Below are positions 29,748 to 39,448 of a stretch of DNA of 54,650 nucleotides, piece after piece. The stretch lies in contig JABLTI010000006.1 of the NCBI GenBank assembly GCA_013166835.1, positions 1 through 54,650 on the forward strand. Reading direction: 5' to 3'. The notes below the pieces were generated by a model. The model did not search any database. It was not told the origin of the DNA and was given only the letters and a program-made list of their open reading frames with translations. The translations under genes were made by a program, and so were the position numbers. Each line of letters opens with the position of its first letter. Position 1 is the stretch's first letter. This DNA comes from Promethearchaeati archaeon (lineage in GTDB: Archaea > Asgardarchaeota > Heimdallarchaeia > JABLTI01).

Positions 29748-30498
29748 ATTACTTGTAGCTGTAATTACAGAAGGCATTGTTCTTGCATTTGTTATGTTTG
29801 TTGTTGTAATGCTTTATGTTAGGTACTTTAGTAGAAAGAGAAGATCAGCACTTGCCTTAGCTATAGCATTTACCTTTTGGGATATAGCTATTATCTGCTT
29901 GTTTGTTTTTAGATTGTTAGAATATCTTGCAGTCAATGGTTTGATATTAAATCCCAATAGTATTGGATTTGGTGATATTGGTGTGATGCTAGGGTATAGT
30001 TTTTCAGCTCTTAGCAATATCTTCATACTAATCTTTGTGTCAATAATTTTCTCACAATCCGCAATGTTTAGAAAAACAGGAATGATGGTCCCACTATTGT
30101 TCGCAGCTTTAAATGGGATTACTATTGGCATGCTTCTTGGCGGTGGTATTAGGTCATGGCCTGCTCCTGATTACTCACCTGTACCAACATTATATCACCT
30201 AGTTCTGACATTCATAGCTTTCTTAGCTTTAATTGTATTTACGAGACAACCGCTTCGATATGCGTCTTTGCGATGGGAAAAAGCTGGATTCAGATTTATC
30301 ATTTTATCTGGTGTGTTTGGAATCCTGATCTATCTTTCATTCGCATTAGATTTCTTATTTGGAGATAATGTTCTTGGAATTATTTCTGGTGGGTATACTC
30401 CATTCTTCTTCTTTGCCTACGTTTTTGCCATAATTATGTGTAGTTTAGCATATCTTGGATTTACAATGCCAGAATTCATTCGTAAACGTTTGAAATAA
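29740..30498 (+). CDS. Stand-alone 7TM membrane protein, paralog 2
   Basis: Seven TM segments; tandem paralog overlapping the previous stop; AGGAGG SD. Confidence 0.8.
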   Translation: MDRLLVAVITEGIVLAFVMFVVVMLYVRYFSRKRRSALALAIAFTFWDIAIICLFVFRLLEYLAVNGLILNPNSIGFGDIGVMLGYSFSALSNIFILIFVSIIFSQSAMFRKTGMMVPLLFAALNGITIGMLLGGGIRSWPAPDYSPVPTLYHLVLTFIAFLALIVFTRQPLRYASLRWEKAGFRFIILSGVFGILIYLSFALDFLFGDNVLGIISGGYTPFFFFAYVFAIIMCSLAYLGFTMPEFIRKRLK

Positions 30499-30511
30499 AA
30501 AATGAGTAATT

Positions 30512-30554
30512 AATACTTTCTGGAATCAATCCGGAAGGTATTTATTCTATTTTT
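30512..30554 (+). terminator. Hairpin plus T-rich tract after the 7TM pair
   Basis: AATACTTTCTGGA-atcaa-TCCGGAAGGTATT followed by TTATTCTATTTTT. Confidence 0.4.
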
Positions 30555-30608
30555 ATGAGGAAAAATTTCAAATAATTAATTTTCATAGTTTACTCCAGTG
30601 GGATTTCA

Positions 30609-30800
30609 ATGAGTGATATGATAATATGCGGTGACTACATAGTTACAATGGATAAACATATAAAAAGAATAAAAAATGGTGCTATCTACATTGTAGACAA
30701 TAAAGTTGCTGATGTGGATCTAAAGAAAAAAATTCTAAAAGATTACTCATCAAAGAATTCTAGAGATATGTTTAAATCGAGAATTCAATCTAATATTTGA
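30609..30800 (+). pseudogene. N-terminal fragment of an amidohydrolase (MTA/SAH-deaminase / SsnA-like)
   Basis: MSDMIICGDYIVTMDKHIKRIKNGAIYIVDNKVADV matches the N-terminal beta domain of this family. It stops at 63 aa, before the PG..N.HxH motif. Confidence 0.7.
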
Positions 30801-30813
30801 AGGGAATCATTAA

Positions 30814-31944
30814 ATGAGAGAATCATGTCAAGAATTACTTAAAAAAGCCACTAAATTGCATAAGAGAAGCTCAAGAAAGGAACCTTTCGATGCTATTAAT
30901 GCCTATATAAGCTCAGGCGAATGTTTTAGTGAAAATGAAGAATACAGATTAGGACATGAAAACTATCTTGAAGCATTAAAACTGTTAGTGTTTTCTAAGA
31001 ATCTAAATGAATTGCTAAATCTAAATTCAGTTGAAGAAATTCTAAAAGTAACTCATCTAATACTCCCAATATTTGATTATAATCTGAATATGATTTCTGT
31101 AGAGTTAATAGATAAATTGATTGAAACTTTAGATTTATTGTTTAGTGGAAATTCCGAGAGTTTGTCGAACTCATTTTTAATAATGGAAACACAGTATCAA
31201 ATTTCTGAGAAAGCATACGATAATGGATTAATTGAAAAAGAGCAATTTACAGATATTCTAAATAGGACATCGAGAATTGCTGAGAAATTATACCAGAATG
31301 GTGGAAAATTACTGGATAAAACAAAATTTGGGAAAGCAAAAATATCATTGTCAATGGCTGTAATTTTGTTGCAATTAATCTCAGACCCTAAGATGGATCT
31401 AGCTTTTGAAATAAGTGCTAAAGCTAATCTTTTAGCTGGAAAATATGAAATAACACAACGAAAACATATTAAGGGATTGGAATCACTTTTAGAAGCTATA
31501 AAAATTTATAACACTCTAGATATGCATACAAATGCCAAAAATGCTTTAGCGATATTCAAGAAGTCTTTCAAATTAGCTCTGGAGGAAGTAGAAGGAGAAA
31601 ACGGAAGTGATGGTAGTAAATTAAAGAAACTTCTATTACTTGAGGAAGAATACAAAACACACAATGAAATAATTAAACAATACTCAAGTAAAAAAGAGAT
31701 TGTTGAAACAGCAATTAAGACTCCATATGTAAGATTACCTTATCCTAGGGAATATCAACAATTTGATGAAAATTCTAACAAGAATATACTCCTAAGAGAA
31801 AGGTATGCGTTAGAACAATCATTACAATCAATCCAAACAGCTTTTAGAGATGGTTTGATTGGTTCTGAAGACTATGCAAGACTTCTGCTTGGAATAAATA
31901 GAAATATCTACAAAGTAAAGAGATTATTAGAGGATAAGGAGTAA
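30814..31944 (+). CDS. Helical-repeat protein with C-terminal steadiness box (Vps23/TSG101 ESCRT-I core-like)
   Basis: TPR/SNAP-like N-terminus. C-terminal ERYALEQSLQSIQTAFRDGLIGSEDYARLLLGINRNIYKVKRLL aligns without gaps to the TSG101 SB helical hairpin as I recall it. Confidence 0.65.
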   Translation: MRESCQELLKKATKLHKRSSRKEPFDAINAYISSGECFSENEEYRLGHENYLEALKLLVFSKNLNELLNLNSVEEILKVTHLILPIFDYNLNMISVELIDKLIETLDLLFSGNSESLSNSFLIMETQYQISEKAYDNGLIEKEQFTDILNRTSRIAEKLYQNGGKLLDKTKFGKAKISLSMAVILLQLISDPKMDLAFEISAKANLLAGKYEITQRKHIKGLESLLEAIKIYNTLDMHTNAKNALAIFKKSFKLALEEVEGENGSDGSKLKKLLLLEEEYKTHNEIIKQYSSKKEIVETAIKTPYVRLPYPREYQQFDENSNKNILLRERYALEQSLQSIQTAFRDGLIGSEDYARLLLGINRNIYKVKRLLEDKE

Positions 31945-31951
31945 GCTTCTC

Positions 31952-32527
31952 ATGTTTCATATTGATCAACCAATTCAAAGAAGTGAAGTAGAGAAATTTA
32001 TTTTGAATGTTGAAAAATTGGAAAAAGAATTCTTCTTCTTAAGAAAGAAAGAAATACAAAATATGATTGAAGTTATTAGTGGATCTGGTAGTATAGAGAA
32101 ATTCATAAACAGAATATTTGATCAATACATTCAAGTTGTTTTCTTAAAGAAAAATAATCAAAGAGCAACTATTCCTGTCAAAGAAGCATTATCTGAATTA
32201 GTGGATCAATCAAATGTTTTGCGTAAATCATTAAGAAGTAAGCATTTAGATTTAGCTTCAAAAAATACTCAGACTATTTTATATAGGATTGGATTTAACA
32301 TACAAAATTTGGATGAGGTCATCAAAGATTATTTAGTAATCTCAGAAATCTTTCAAAAAGTCTTGGATCGAATAAGAATTTACAGAAAAGAAAACAATAG
32401 CAAAAAAGTAGTTGAGCTCTCCAATTGGTTTTTTGAATTAAGTGGAGAATTAGCTTCAGATGGGGTTTTACATTTAGGGAAAATTCAGAATAGATATGAA
32501 TTAATGAAGAAAGCTAATAATTGGTAG
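31952..32527 (+). CDS. Helical hypothetical protein, possibly Vps28-like
   Basis: 191-aa all-helical ORF 7 nt after the SB gene; SNWFFELSGELASD resembles a segment of the VPS28 C-terminal domain. Confidence 0.55.
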   Translation: MFHIDQPIQRSEVEKFILNVEKLEKEFFFLRKKEIQNMIEVISGSGSIEKFINRIFDQYIQVVFLKKNNQRATIPVKEALSELVDQSNVLRKSLRSKHLDLASKNTQTILYRIGFNIQNLDEVIKDYLVISEIFQKVLDRIRIYRKENNSKKVVELSNWFFELSGELASDGVLHLGKIQNRYELMKKANNW

Positions 32528-32538
32528 GAGTAATTGAT

Positions 32539-35500
32539 TTAAGATATCTCTTTTCGCAAATTCTCTACAGTTCTTTTTAGGTAATCCCAGAAACATCTAA
32601 ACAGAATACCCATTGGTAATATTTTTACGTTGTCTATTTCATACTCGAATACATTAACCCCAGCATTAAGCATTGATTCAATCATATTGTCTATCTGCTC
32701 CATAATTAGGTGTTTTTGTGTTTGTTGGTTATAGACAACATCGACATTCATTTTTTTCATTGTACTTAGAACAGTCATAAATGAGTAATCCTTAAGATCC
32801 GTTGGAAGCATGGTTTGACTTAATTGAAATGGAAGATACATTGAACTTTCAGCTATGCATTTCTTGAATCTCTTTCTTTCCATTTTGAGGTAGCTTTCTA
32901 TTTTATCAATAATTTCCTTTATATTTATTGAAATAACCTTAGGTTTATGAACTGTGTCCAACCAAACGGGAATTTTCAACAACTCAATTTTCTTGAATTC
33001 TGCACTCTTTTGTATAGTTTCGTCAAAATAGGGTTGATATTCCATTACAAAAGTGAGTTCTGATTCCAAAGATGCTTTTTTAAGAGCTTTTATTTCATAA
33101 TTCTTATCAAACACCTTTTTTTCTTTAAAATTCAAATAATCTAAAGTAAGGGGATGTGTAGGTATGACTTTTATTTTATCTTTATCTTTATAACTGAAAT
33201 AGAACTTTGGATTCTTCAAGTAGCCCTCTAATACTTCAGTAAATACATGAATGTGACCAGATTTATCTAGATCTGTCAACAATAATTGTTCAGGTTTGGT
33301 TTCAATTTTCGTATTAAATTCCGGTGGGGAAAGGGATATCTTAATTTCAAATTCATCTATCGAAGTTTTCCGGTCTTCATATTCAAACCAAATTCGTAGT
33401 TTACCTGATTCACCATATTTATCTGTTATTGGTCGAATTAGAAAATCTTTTACAAAAGTTTCTCTTTGATCTATTGAAAATGGTTCTAATTCACTTTCAA
33501 CTTTAATATTCTGAGTTAGTGGTTCAATAAATGGTTTTATCTTTGATATACCGATATCATTTTTGGTTAATTCGATTCTTATATAGAGAGGAATTCCTAT
33601 TGGTGCTTTTTCTCCTATTAAAGCGTTGGGATCTGTGATTTTTATTGAATCAATCTCGAGATAAGGAAGTTTGTCTTTAACATGTACTATTAATTCAGGC
33701 ACTATATGAGTTCCTTCAGTTGTTACAATTTCTAAGGGGCCGATTTTGCTTTTCCCAATATTTTTTGGAACAATTTCAGCAAAATCAATTATTTCTGTTT
33801 GGTTAGCAAAAATTTCTCGATTTTTTAAATATTCGAAATAATTGCTCCCGAATTTTATTTTATCATCTACTCTTAATTTTACATTTTTTATTTTTGTATC
33901 AATTAGTGGATTTATTTTCACATGAAAACTATATCGTTTATCTTTTTCTAAACCTAATGATAAATTGAACTCCCTGTCATCTTCGATTGGTTGGATATCT
34001 GTTTTAACATGTAACAGTGTATGACACTTAAATCTGGGCAGAGTAATGATAGCTTGTTTAGAGACTAGACCTGTTTCTGTCACAAAATCATAGGATATTG
34101 GTAAAATGATATTATCATTTTGAATTTGAGATGTTTCCAAATATAAGCTAAATCTATAGGATTTTCCTGAACGAATTATATCTATTTCATTTTCAGCTTT
34201 TGGACCCAAATATATCTTAATACCTTTTTCTTCTTTAATTTGTGATAATTGATCTCTGTTGAATCTAAAATTGCAGATATTTACTGATGATAAATTAATA
34301 ATATTAAACGAAGTTTTAATTGGAGCATTTTGAATTAGGCTATCTGTAAAATCACTTGCATTTACTAATCTAAAATCACTAAATTCTAAACCCCTTGAAT
34401 TTTCCGTAATCTTAATTGGTTTTGTTATCTTTTCCTTTGTTTTCTTCACACGATGTTTTATCTCAAGCCTAATATTGAAAACATCTTCTTTTTTATTCAA
34501 ATCCTCAAGTTTCTTCTTTGTATTCTTTGCAAGAGTCTTCTGTTGCATTACCATTTCCATTAAATCAATTGATTCCACTATTTCTTCAAGTTTAATTATT
34601 TCTTGCTCTATTTCATTTTCATAATTCGCAAAACAATCTAAGCCATCTAAAAGATATAAATAGAAATCATTGATTTTTCTATTAGCTTTTTCTATATACT
34701 CTACTAGCAGACTTTCCGAGATTAATTCATAATTTGTTTGTACATAAAAGGGGTGAATGACAATTGATGGTTTTTGTGTATCTAAGAATCCAGAAGCTTT
34801 ATTTTGAAAAATTGCAAAAATAAGAGATATCCCTAATGGCTCATATACATGAGTGAGAATATCGAGTGGAACGATTTTAAATCCTTCATCAGGTGAAATA
34901 TCTTCTAGATTTGTAATATCAATAGGATCTGTTTTACTGGAAAGATCATTGAGAATCGAAATTTTCCCGATATCTTCTGATAAATCACCAATGACAATGG
35001 GAGTTGGTTTTTTATCAAATGATTGATGATGTGTAATTGCGTCAATTAGTTCTGGATTTATGTTAAGATTCTTTTTCCTAAACTCCTTACCATTGTAATT
35101 GAAGAGTATTGTACCTTCAGAAGTCTTACAAAGTATGTGAATGAAGCCAGCAGATTTATCCGGAACATAACTATAGATTTCCTCAATAAATGATTCTGTT
35201 GATACTGGGTCACATTTAAGATTAAATTGGCCATTCTTTATTTCTAGAATGCATAAAGAATATTCTCCACATAGAAGAATTTCAATTGTACCATCGTCTT
35301 TAACAGAAATAAAGTCACCATTCTCATAAAATGAGGGCAAATCATCTTTATAATATTGTGAAGACTCGAATACCTGAGTTACTTTTAGATTTTCTTCATC
35401 TTCAAAATCAATCTTCAAAAGTAGAATATTATCACTTATTAGTAAAACATAAGAAGTATCCCCTATTGTAAATGTTTTAATTTTTAACGGATTTTTTAGA

Positions 35501-35862
35501 TTCTCAATTTTTTTTCTTAATGTCAAGTTCAAATTTCTTTTAACTTTATCAAATTCATATATAGAAAGAGTATTAGAAGAGTCAATGAATAACAAATCTT
35601 CATCTTTGTGGTCTGATAATTTTATTCCACTTAAAACCTGGATTGGTTGTTTTAATTTTAGTAATGATTCCTGTTTAAAGCCCTCTGGGGTAATAATGAA
35701 ATATCCGAGTTCTAATTCTGATGCATTGTCATCTTGTACATACACTAATTCAGGAATTACTCCCCCGCCTTCTAAGTCAACTAAATCGAATAATGCTTTT
35801 TCAAAGGGAAGAGCAATAGTTTTTTCTTCCCATGTGAATTTTTTCAATATAGTTTTTCTCAT
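32539..35862 (-). CDS. Beta-propeller - coiled coil - multiple Ig-like sandwich scaffold protein (1107 aa)
   Basis: N-terminal ~370 aa of short beta blades with FG-GAP-like DLVDLEGGGVIPELVY and DGTIEILL; coiled coil at ~aa 400-480; BatD/CARDB-like strands (EIVPKNIGKSKIGPLEI, FLIRP..GKLRIWFEYED). ATGA overlap with the upstream gene. Confidence 0.7.
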   Translation of the reverse strand: MRKTILKKFTWEEKTIALPFEKALFDLVDLEGGGVIPELVYVQDDNASELELGYFIITPEGFKQESLLKLKQPIQVLSGIKLSDHKDEDLLFIDSSNTLSIYEFDKVKRNLNLTLRKKIENLKNPLKIKTFTIGDTSYVLLISDNILLLKIDFEDEENLKVTQVFESSQYYKDDLPSFYENGDFISVKDDGTIEILLCGEYSLCILEIKNGQFNLKCDPVSTESFIEEIYSYVPDKSAGFIHILCKTSEGTILFNYNGKEFRKKNLNINPELIDAITHHQSFDKKPTPIVIGDLSEDIGKISILNDLSSKTDPIDITNLEDISPDEGFKIVPLDILTHVYEPLGISLIFAIFQNKASGFLDTQKPSIVIHPFYVQTNYELISESLLVEYIEKANRKINDFYLYLLDGLDCFANYENEIEQEIIKLEEIVESIDLMEMVMQQKTLAKNTKKKLEDLNKKEDVFNIRLEIKHRVKKTKEKITKPIKITENSRGLEFSDFRLVNASDFTDSLIQNAPIKTSFNIINLSSVNICNFRFNRDQLSQIKEEKGIKIYLGPKAENEIDIIRSGKSYRFSLYLETSQIQNDNIILPISYDFVTETGLVSKQAIITLPRFKCHTLLHVKTDIQPIEDDREFNLSLGLEKDKRYSFHVKINPLIDTKIKNVKLRVDDKIKFGSNYFEYLKNREIFANQTEIIDFAEIVPKNIGKSKIGPLEIVTTEGTHIVPELIVHVKDKLPYLEIDSIKITDPNALIGEKAPIGIPLYIRIELTKNDIGISKIKPFIEPLTQNIKVESELEPFSIDQRETFVKDFLIRPITDKYGESGKLRIWFEYEDRKTSIDEFEIKISLSPPEFNTKIETKPEQLLLTDLDKSGHIHVFTEVLEGYLKNPKFYFSYKDKDKIKVIPTHPLTLDYLNFKEKKVFDKNYEIKALKKASLESELTFVMEYQPYFDETIQKSAEFKKIELLKIPVWLDTVHKPKVISINIKEIIDKIESYLKMERKRFKKCIAESSMYLPFQLSQTMLPTDLKDYSFMTVLSTMKKMNVDVVYNQQTQKHLIMEQIDNMIESMLNAGVNVFEYEIDNVKILPMGILFRCFWDYLKRTVENLRKEIS

Positions 35863-38800
35863 CTGAAAGATGCTCCTCTCTTACTTAGCAATTGCCATTT
35901 TTCATTTAGTTTATCTACTTGGCTTATTGCCTTTTTCTTATGCTTCCATTTATCATCCTTAGTGAGCTTAATAGCCATATCTATGTAATTTTCAATGAAC
36001 TCATCAAAAATTCTATAGTAACCTTCATCTCTTTTCTTTTTAGTTAACCAGCTAAAGGCTCTTTGATAATATAACATAGTAATATCTGCAGCATTTTTGT
36101 TGATTAAAAGAACATCTAGGAAGTTCTTGGAGAATTTCAAGAAGCTTTTAGTTTGGTAAATGAAAATCTCAGACAGAAGCTGAGAAATTTTTATTTTCAT
36201 AGAATCATCATTGACTATTTTAGTGTAAACATCACTCACATGACGAGTTTGTCTCTGACTTTTACTAACATTTTCAAAAATATGTTCCAGATTATCATAG
36301 ATGTTCTTTTGAAGAGAGTACGCTCCTTTTACTATCTTCGATTCATTTTTATCTGGATCAAGTAAATTGTTGGTATTCTTCCAGAGATTCAGTAGATACT
36401 CAAGTCTTTCCAATGAGTAATTTGTACGTGAAATTTTCAATGATTCGTTGCTTATCTTCAATAAGGATTCACTTGGAACCAGATTTGAAATACCTGTTAG
36501 ACGATTGATTAAGGAACTCAGTTGCTTGAAATTATCATAATCCTCTTTTACAGCAAATTTTAAGAAATAGTCTAAAATTACAACGTAAGAATTTACATCT
36601 ATTTTTGTGCCTGGAGCAGGTGCTAATAGATAGTTTTCATAAAAGATTGACGCAATGAAACTATTTGTTTTATCTATGAACTTCTTTACATTGTCAAAAT
36701 TTTTCTTTAGAAATTTATCTAGACTGGTTTCTCTAAAGGTAACGACAAGGAGTTTTTCTAAATTTGTATTCTTAATTGTATTTGAATCAGAGGTTGCATC
36801 TGATAGTATGTTTAAGATGTTGTTAATTATATTTGCTCTGGCATTATTGCTTCTTGGACTATCATATTTACTATCTATTATTTTTACAGCTTCTATACTA
36901 TAAATCAAGAAATTTGCTAATCTATTTTGATTCTTTTCAGAATTTAAATATGAATTGAAGTCCTGACTGTATGTATCTAACAATCGAGAAATAAAGTCCG
37001 CAAAATTTATGACATAAATTTTATCTGAATGTTCATCTTTTAGAATTGATGAAAAGATTTGCTGACAAATCACATAATAGTTGATAAAAGGGCTTCTTCC
37101 AAAATATTCCTTTTTCTGTAAATCTTCTACGAATTTCTCAAACGTGTTTTGATTAAAAACATAACTTAGTCGTAATTTTATTACCTCTTCCATGTAAAAT
37201 TCTAATTCTTCTGGAGTAAGTTGCTTACCAAATAATTTCCAGAATATCTCTCTGTTAAGATTATTTAGATATTCATTAAGAGAATTACTTGTTTCCCGAT
37301 CTAATGATTGTGTTTCCTTAATATGATAGAGTAAACTGTTGTATTGTTTCAATATATTATAATCCTTATCCAGGAAGATTTTTGATCCAAATTCCAAAAG
37401 AATAGGTACATTTTCTGTTGAAATTTTATTTTTAATTTCATTAATTTGTTCTGTAATTTCATTTCTAGATAATGTATTAATTCTATATGACAATGCTTTC
37501 AATTGAATCTCTAACGCTTTGACTTTGTTTGGATATACAGAAGCTAAAATGAATAACAAATCACAGATTTGAGTAATAGCTACTTTGCTTTCTATTTCCT
37601 TGTCAAACAATATATATGAAATTTCAGCAATCTCGTTCATAATCCTGGAATATTGTTCACCTTCAAAATTAGAAATAAATGAAGTGAAGTCTCTTCTTGA
37701 ATTTGGAGAACTTACAAAAACATTGTAGAAATAGTTCTGAAAGATTACTTTCAAGAAATTTTGTAGTTGAGCTAAAGGTAAATCAAGAATCTTAAATGAA
37801 GCCTTAATAGCTTTAACCATTATTGATTCCCTATGTTTTTCATAGGTTTGAATATTAGTTAATTCTATTAGTTGTTGATATTGTTTTGATATAAAGCTAA
37901 AATCTCCACTATAGAAAATCAAATCTACAATTATTTCGAAAATCGCTAGATTCGGAGAAATCTTTAGAGAGTCTAAAATTCTATTGGTTTTTGTACTTAT
38001 ATCTAATCGAAGATCCTTTATCTTATCTAAAACTAGTTCCAAGATTTTACTTCGATTATCACTATGAATCTGTTCCATTGATAATAATTCAAGATATATA
38101 TCACTTAATTTATCGAAGGTATTTGCTTTTGAGAATACTGACCAATTAGCAATGTCAGAAAGAGTGATAAATTGTTGATTTTGATCAACATTCATTGCAG
38201 AAGATGATCGTATGTAATGAATCAAATGATTTTTCAGTTTTACAATATTATCCAGTAGGCCTGCATTAAGTGCATTTTGTATGCTTTTTCGTTCAAATTC
38301 AAATGCCCAACTAAACTGATCAATATAATTCTTTTCTGTAATTGTTCGTCTATATAGTGTGATTTTATCGAAGAGTTTATCATATGATGATTGTGTTTTC
38401 AATCTAATGGCTTCTTCAAGATATTTCTCACACACTACGCGATTCTCAAGGATAAATGCAATTTCTTTTGCTTTCAATAGGAATTGCGCATGAGATAATT
38501 TTCCTACATATTCTTTCAGTATTTTATCAAAACTCTTAGTGTAATCATTTAGCTCCTGTACTTTCAGCTCAGAGATGAAATTCGTTAAAGTTGTAGCTAA
38601 ATCATTTGTAGGTATACTTTCACCATCAATGAGTTCACCTTTACCACCAATGATAATAGTATTTATTGGAATTGATGCTGGTTTCTTAATGCAAGAACGA
38701 GGGGCAAATATTAAGTTAAATTCTGAAACATCCAGAGAGCTATAAGTAGCAGTTTGAATAAACGGATCAAAAAAGAAAGTTGCTATTCTTATTAAACCTC

Positions 38801-39407
38801 GAATATATTTTGGTAAAACCTTTAAGAAGGAATTAATTTCTGCTAATGGTTGAGTATCACCAGTTAGTATAACTATATTTTTCCCTTCTAATAAATAAGT
38901 AATAACTACTTTAACTAAATTGAGATTAAGTTTTGTTTTAATAGTCTCAAAATCATTAGATGTAAATTGAGAAATTTTACTAATTTCAGATATTTCAATA
39001 TCAATCATATCTTTATCGAGAAAATCATTACGTGTAAAAACATCTTTGAGATAATGTAAAACCAAAGGATTATTACCAATCAGATTATATTGTTCTTCTG
39101 TTAACACGATTGTATGAGTTAGAGTTCTCCCGGGCCTTCCATCATAATTTCTTCCTGCATCAATTACTTGACCAATTGCAACTCTATTGTCTTTTAATTT
39201 ATAACTCAGAATTGTATCTGTGATGGGAACTCGACAATATACCATTCCAAATGGATTTACTCCGTATGAATAACGCAAAATATGTAGTTTAGTTGCTTCA
39301 TCTATTCCTCTAGAAGATATGCTTGTAATTTGCTGCCCTGATTTTTGAGCAGTTTTTACTGAAGTAAAAAGCAAATAAGGTACATTAATTCTTTCATCTT
39401 TTGACAA
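35859..39407 (-). CDS. GAP1-like (GTPase-associated protein 1; DENN-like N-terminus) protein with long alpha-solenoid
   Basis: LLFTS..., GRNYDGRPGRTLTHTIVL and NPL signatures of GAP1-N; then VITYLLEGKNIVIL...FLKVLP...IATF (GAP1-M/cDENN-like); ~900 aa helical tail; GAGGG SD before TTG. Confidence 0.75.
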   Translation of the reverse strand: MSKDERINVPYLLFTSVKTAQKSGQQITSISSRGIDEATKLHILRYSYGVNPFGMVYCRVPITDTILSYKLKDNRVAIGQVIDAGRNYDGRPGRTLTHTIVLTEEQYNLIGNNPLVLHYLKDVFTRNDFLDKDMIDIEISEISKISQFTSNDFETIKTKLNLNLVKVVITYLLEGKNIVILTGDTQPLAEINSFLKVLPKYIRGLIRIATFFFDPFIQTATYSSLDVSEFNLIFAPRSCIKKPASIPINTIIIGGKGELIDGESIPTNDLATTLTNFISELKVQELNDYTKSFDKILKEYVGKLSHAQFLLKAKEIAFILENRVVCEKYLEEAIRLKTQSSYDKLFDKITLYRRTITEKNYIDQFSWAFEFERKSIQNALNAGLLDNIVKLKNHLIHYIRSSSAMNVDQNQQFITLSDIANWSVFSKANTFDKLSDIYLELLSMEQIHSDNRSKILELVLDKIKDLRLDISTKTNRILDSLKISPNLAIFEIIVDLIFYSGDFSFISKQYQQLIELTNIQTYEKHRESIMVKAIKASFKILDLPLAQLQNFLKVIFQNYFYNVFVSSPNSRRDFTSFISNFEGEQYSRIMNEIAEISYILFDKEIESKVAITQICDLLFILASVYPNKVKALEIQLKALSYRINTLSRNEITEQINEIKNKISTENVPILLEFGSKIFLDKDYNILKQYNSLLYHIKETQSLDRETSNSLNEYLNNLNREIFWKLFGKQLTPEELEFYMEEVIKLRLSYVFNQNTFEKFVEDLQKKEYFGRSPFINYYVICQQIFSSILKDEHSDKIYVINFADFISRLLDTYSQDFNSYLNSEKNQNRLANFLIYSIEAVKIIDSKYDSPRSNNARANIINNILNILSDATSDSNTIKNTNLEKLLVVTFRETSLDKFLKKNFDNVKKFIDKTNSFIASIFYENYLLAPAPGTKIDVNSYVVILDYFLKFAVKEDYDNFKQLSSLINRLTGISNLVPSESLLKISNESLKISRTNYSLERLEYLLNLWKNTNNLLDPDKNESKIVKGAYSLQKNIYDNLEHIFENVSKSQRQTRHVSDVYTKIVNDDSMKIKISQLLSEIFIYQTKSFLKFSKNFLDVLLINKNAADITMLYYQRAFSWLTKKKRDEGYYRIFDEFIENYIDMAIKLTKDDKWKHKKKAISQVDKLNEKWQLLSKRGASFR

Positions 39408-39448
39408 TTTTTACCCTCATTATTTTTTTCTCAAATATTTACATTTTA

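Noticed and set aside
28968-30498. Microbial rhodopsins
   Set aside because: No Lys in TM7 and no DxxxK retinal-binding motif in either 7TM protein.
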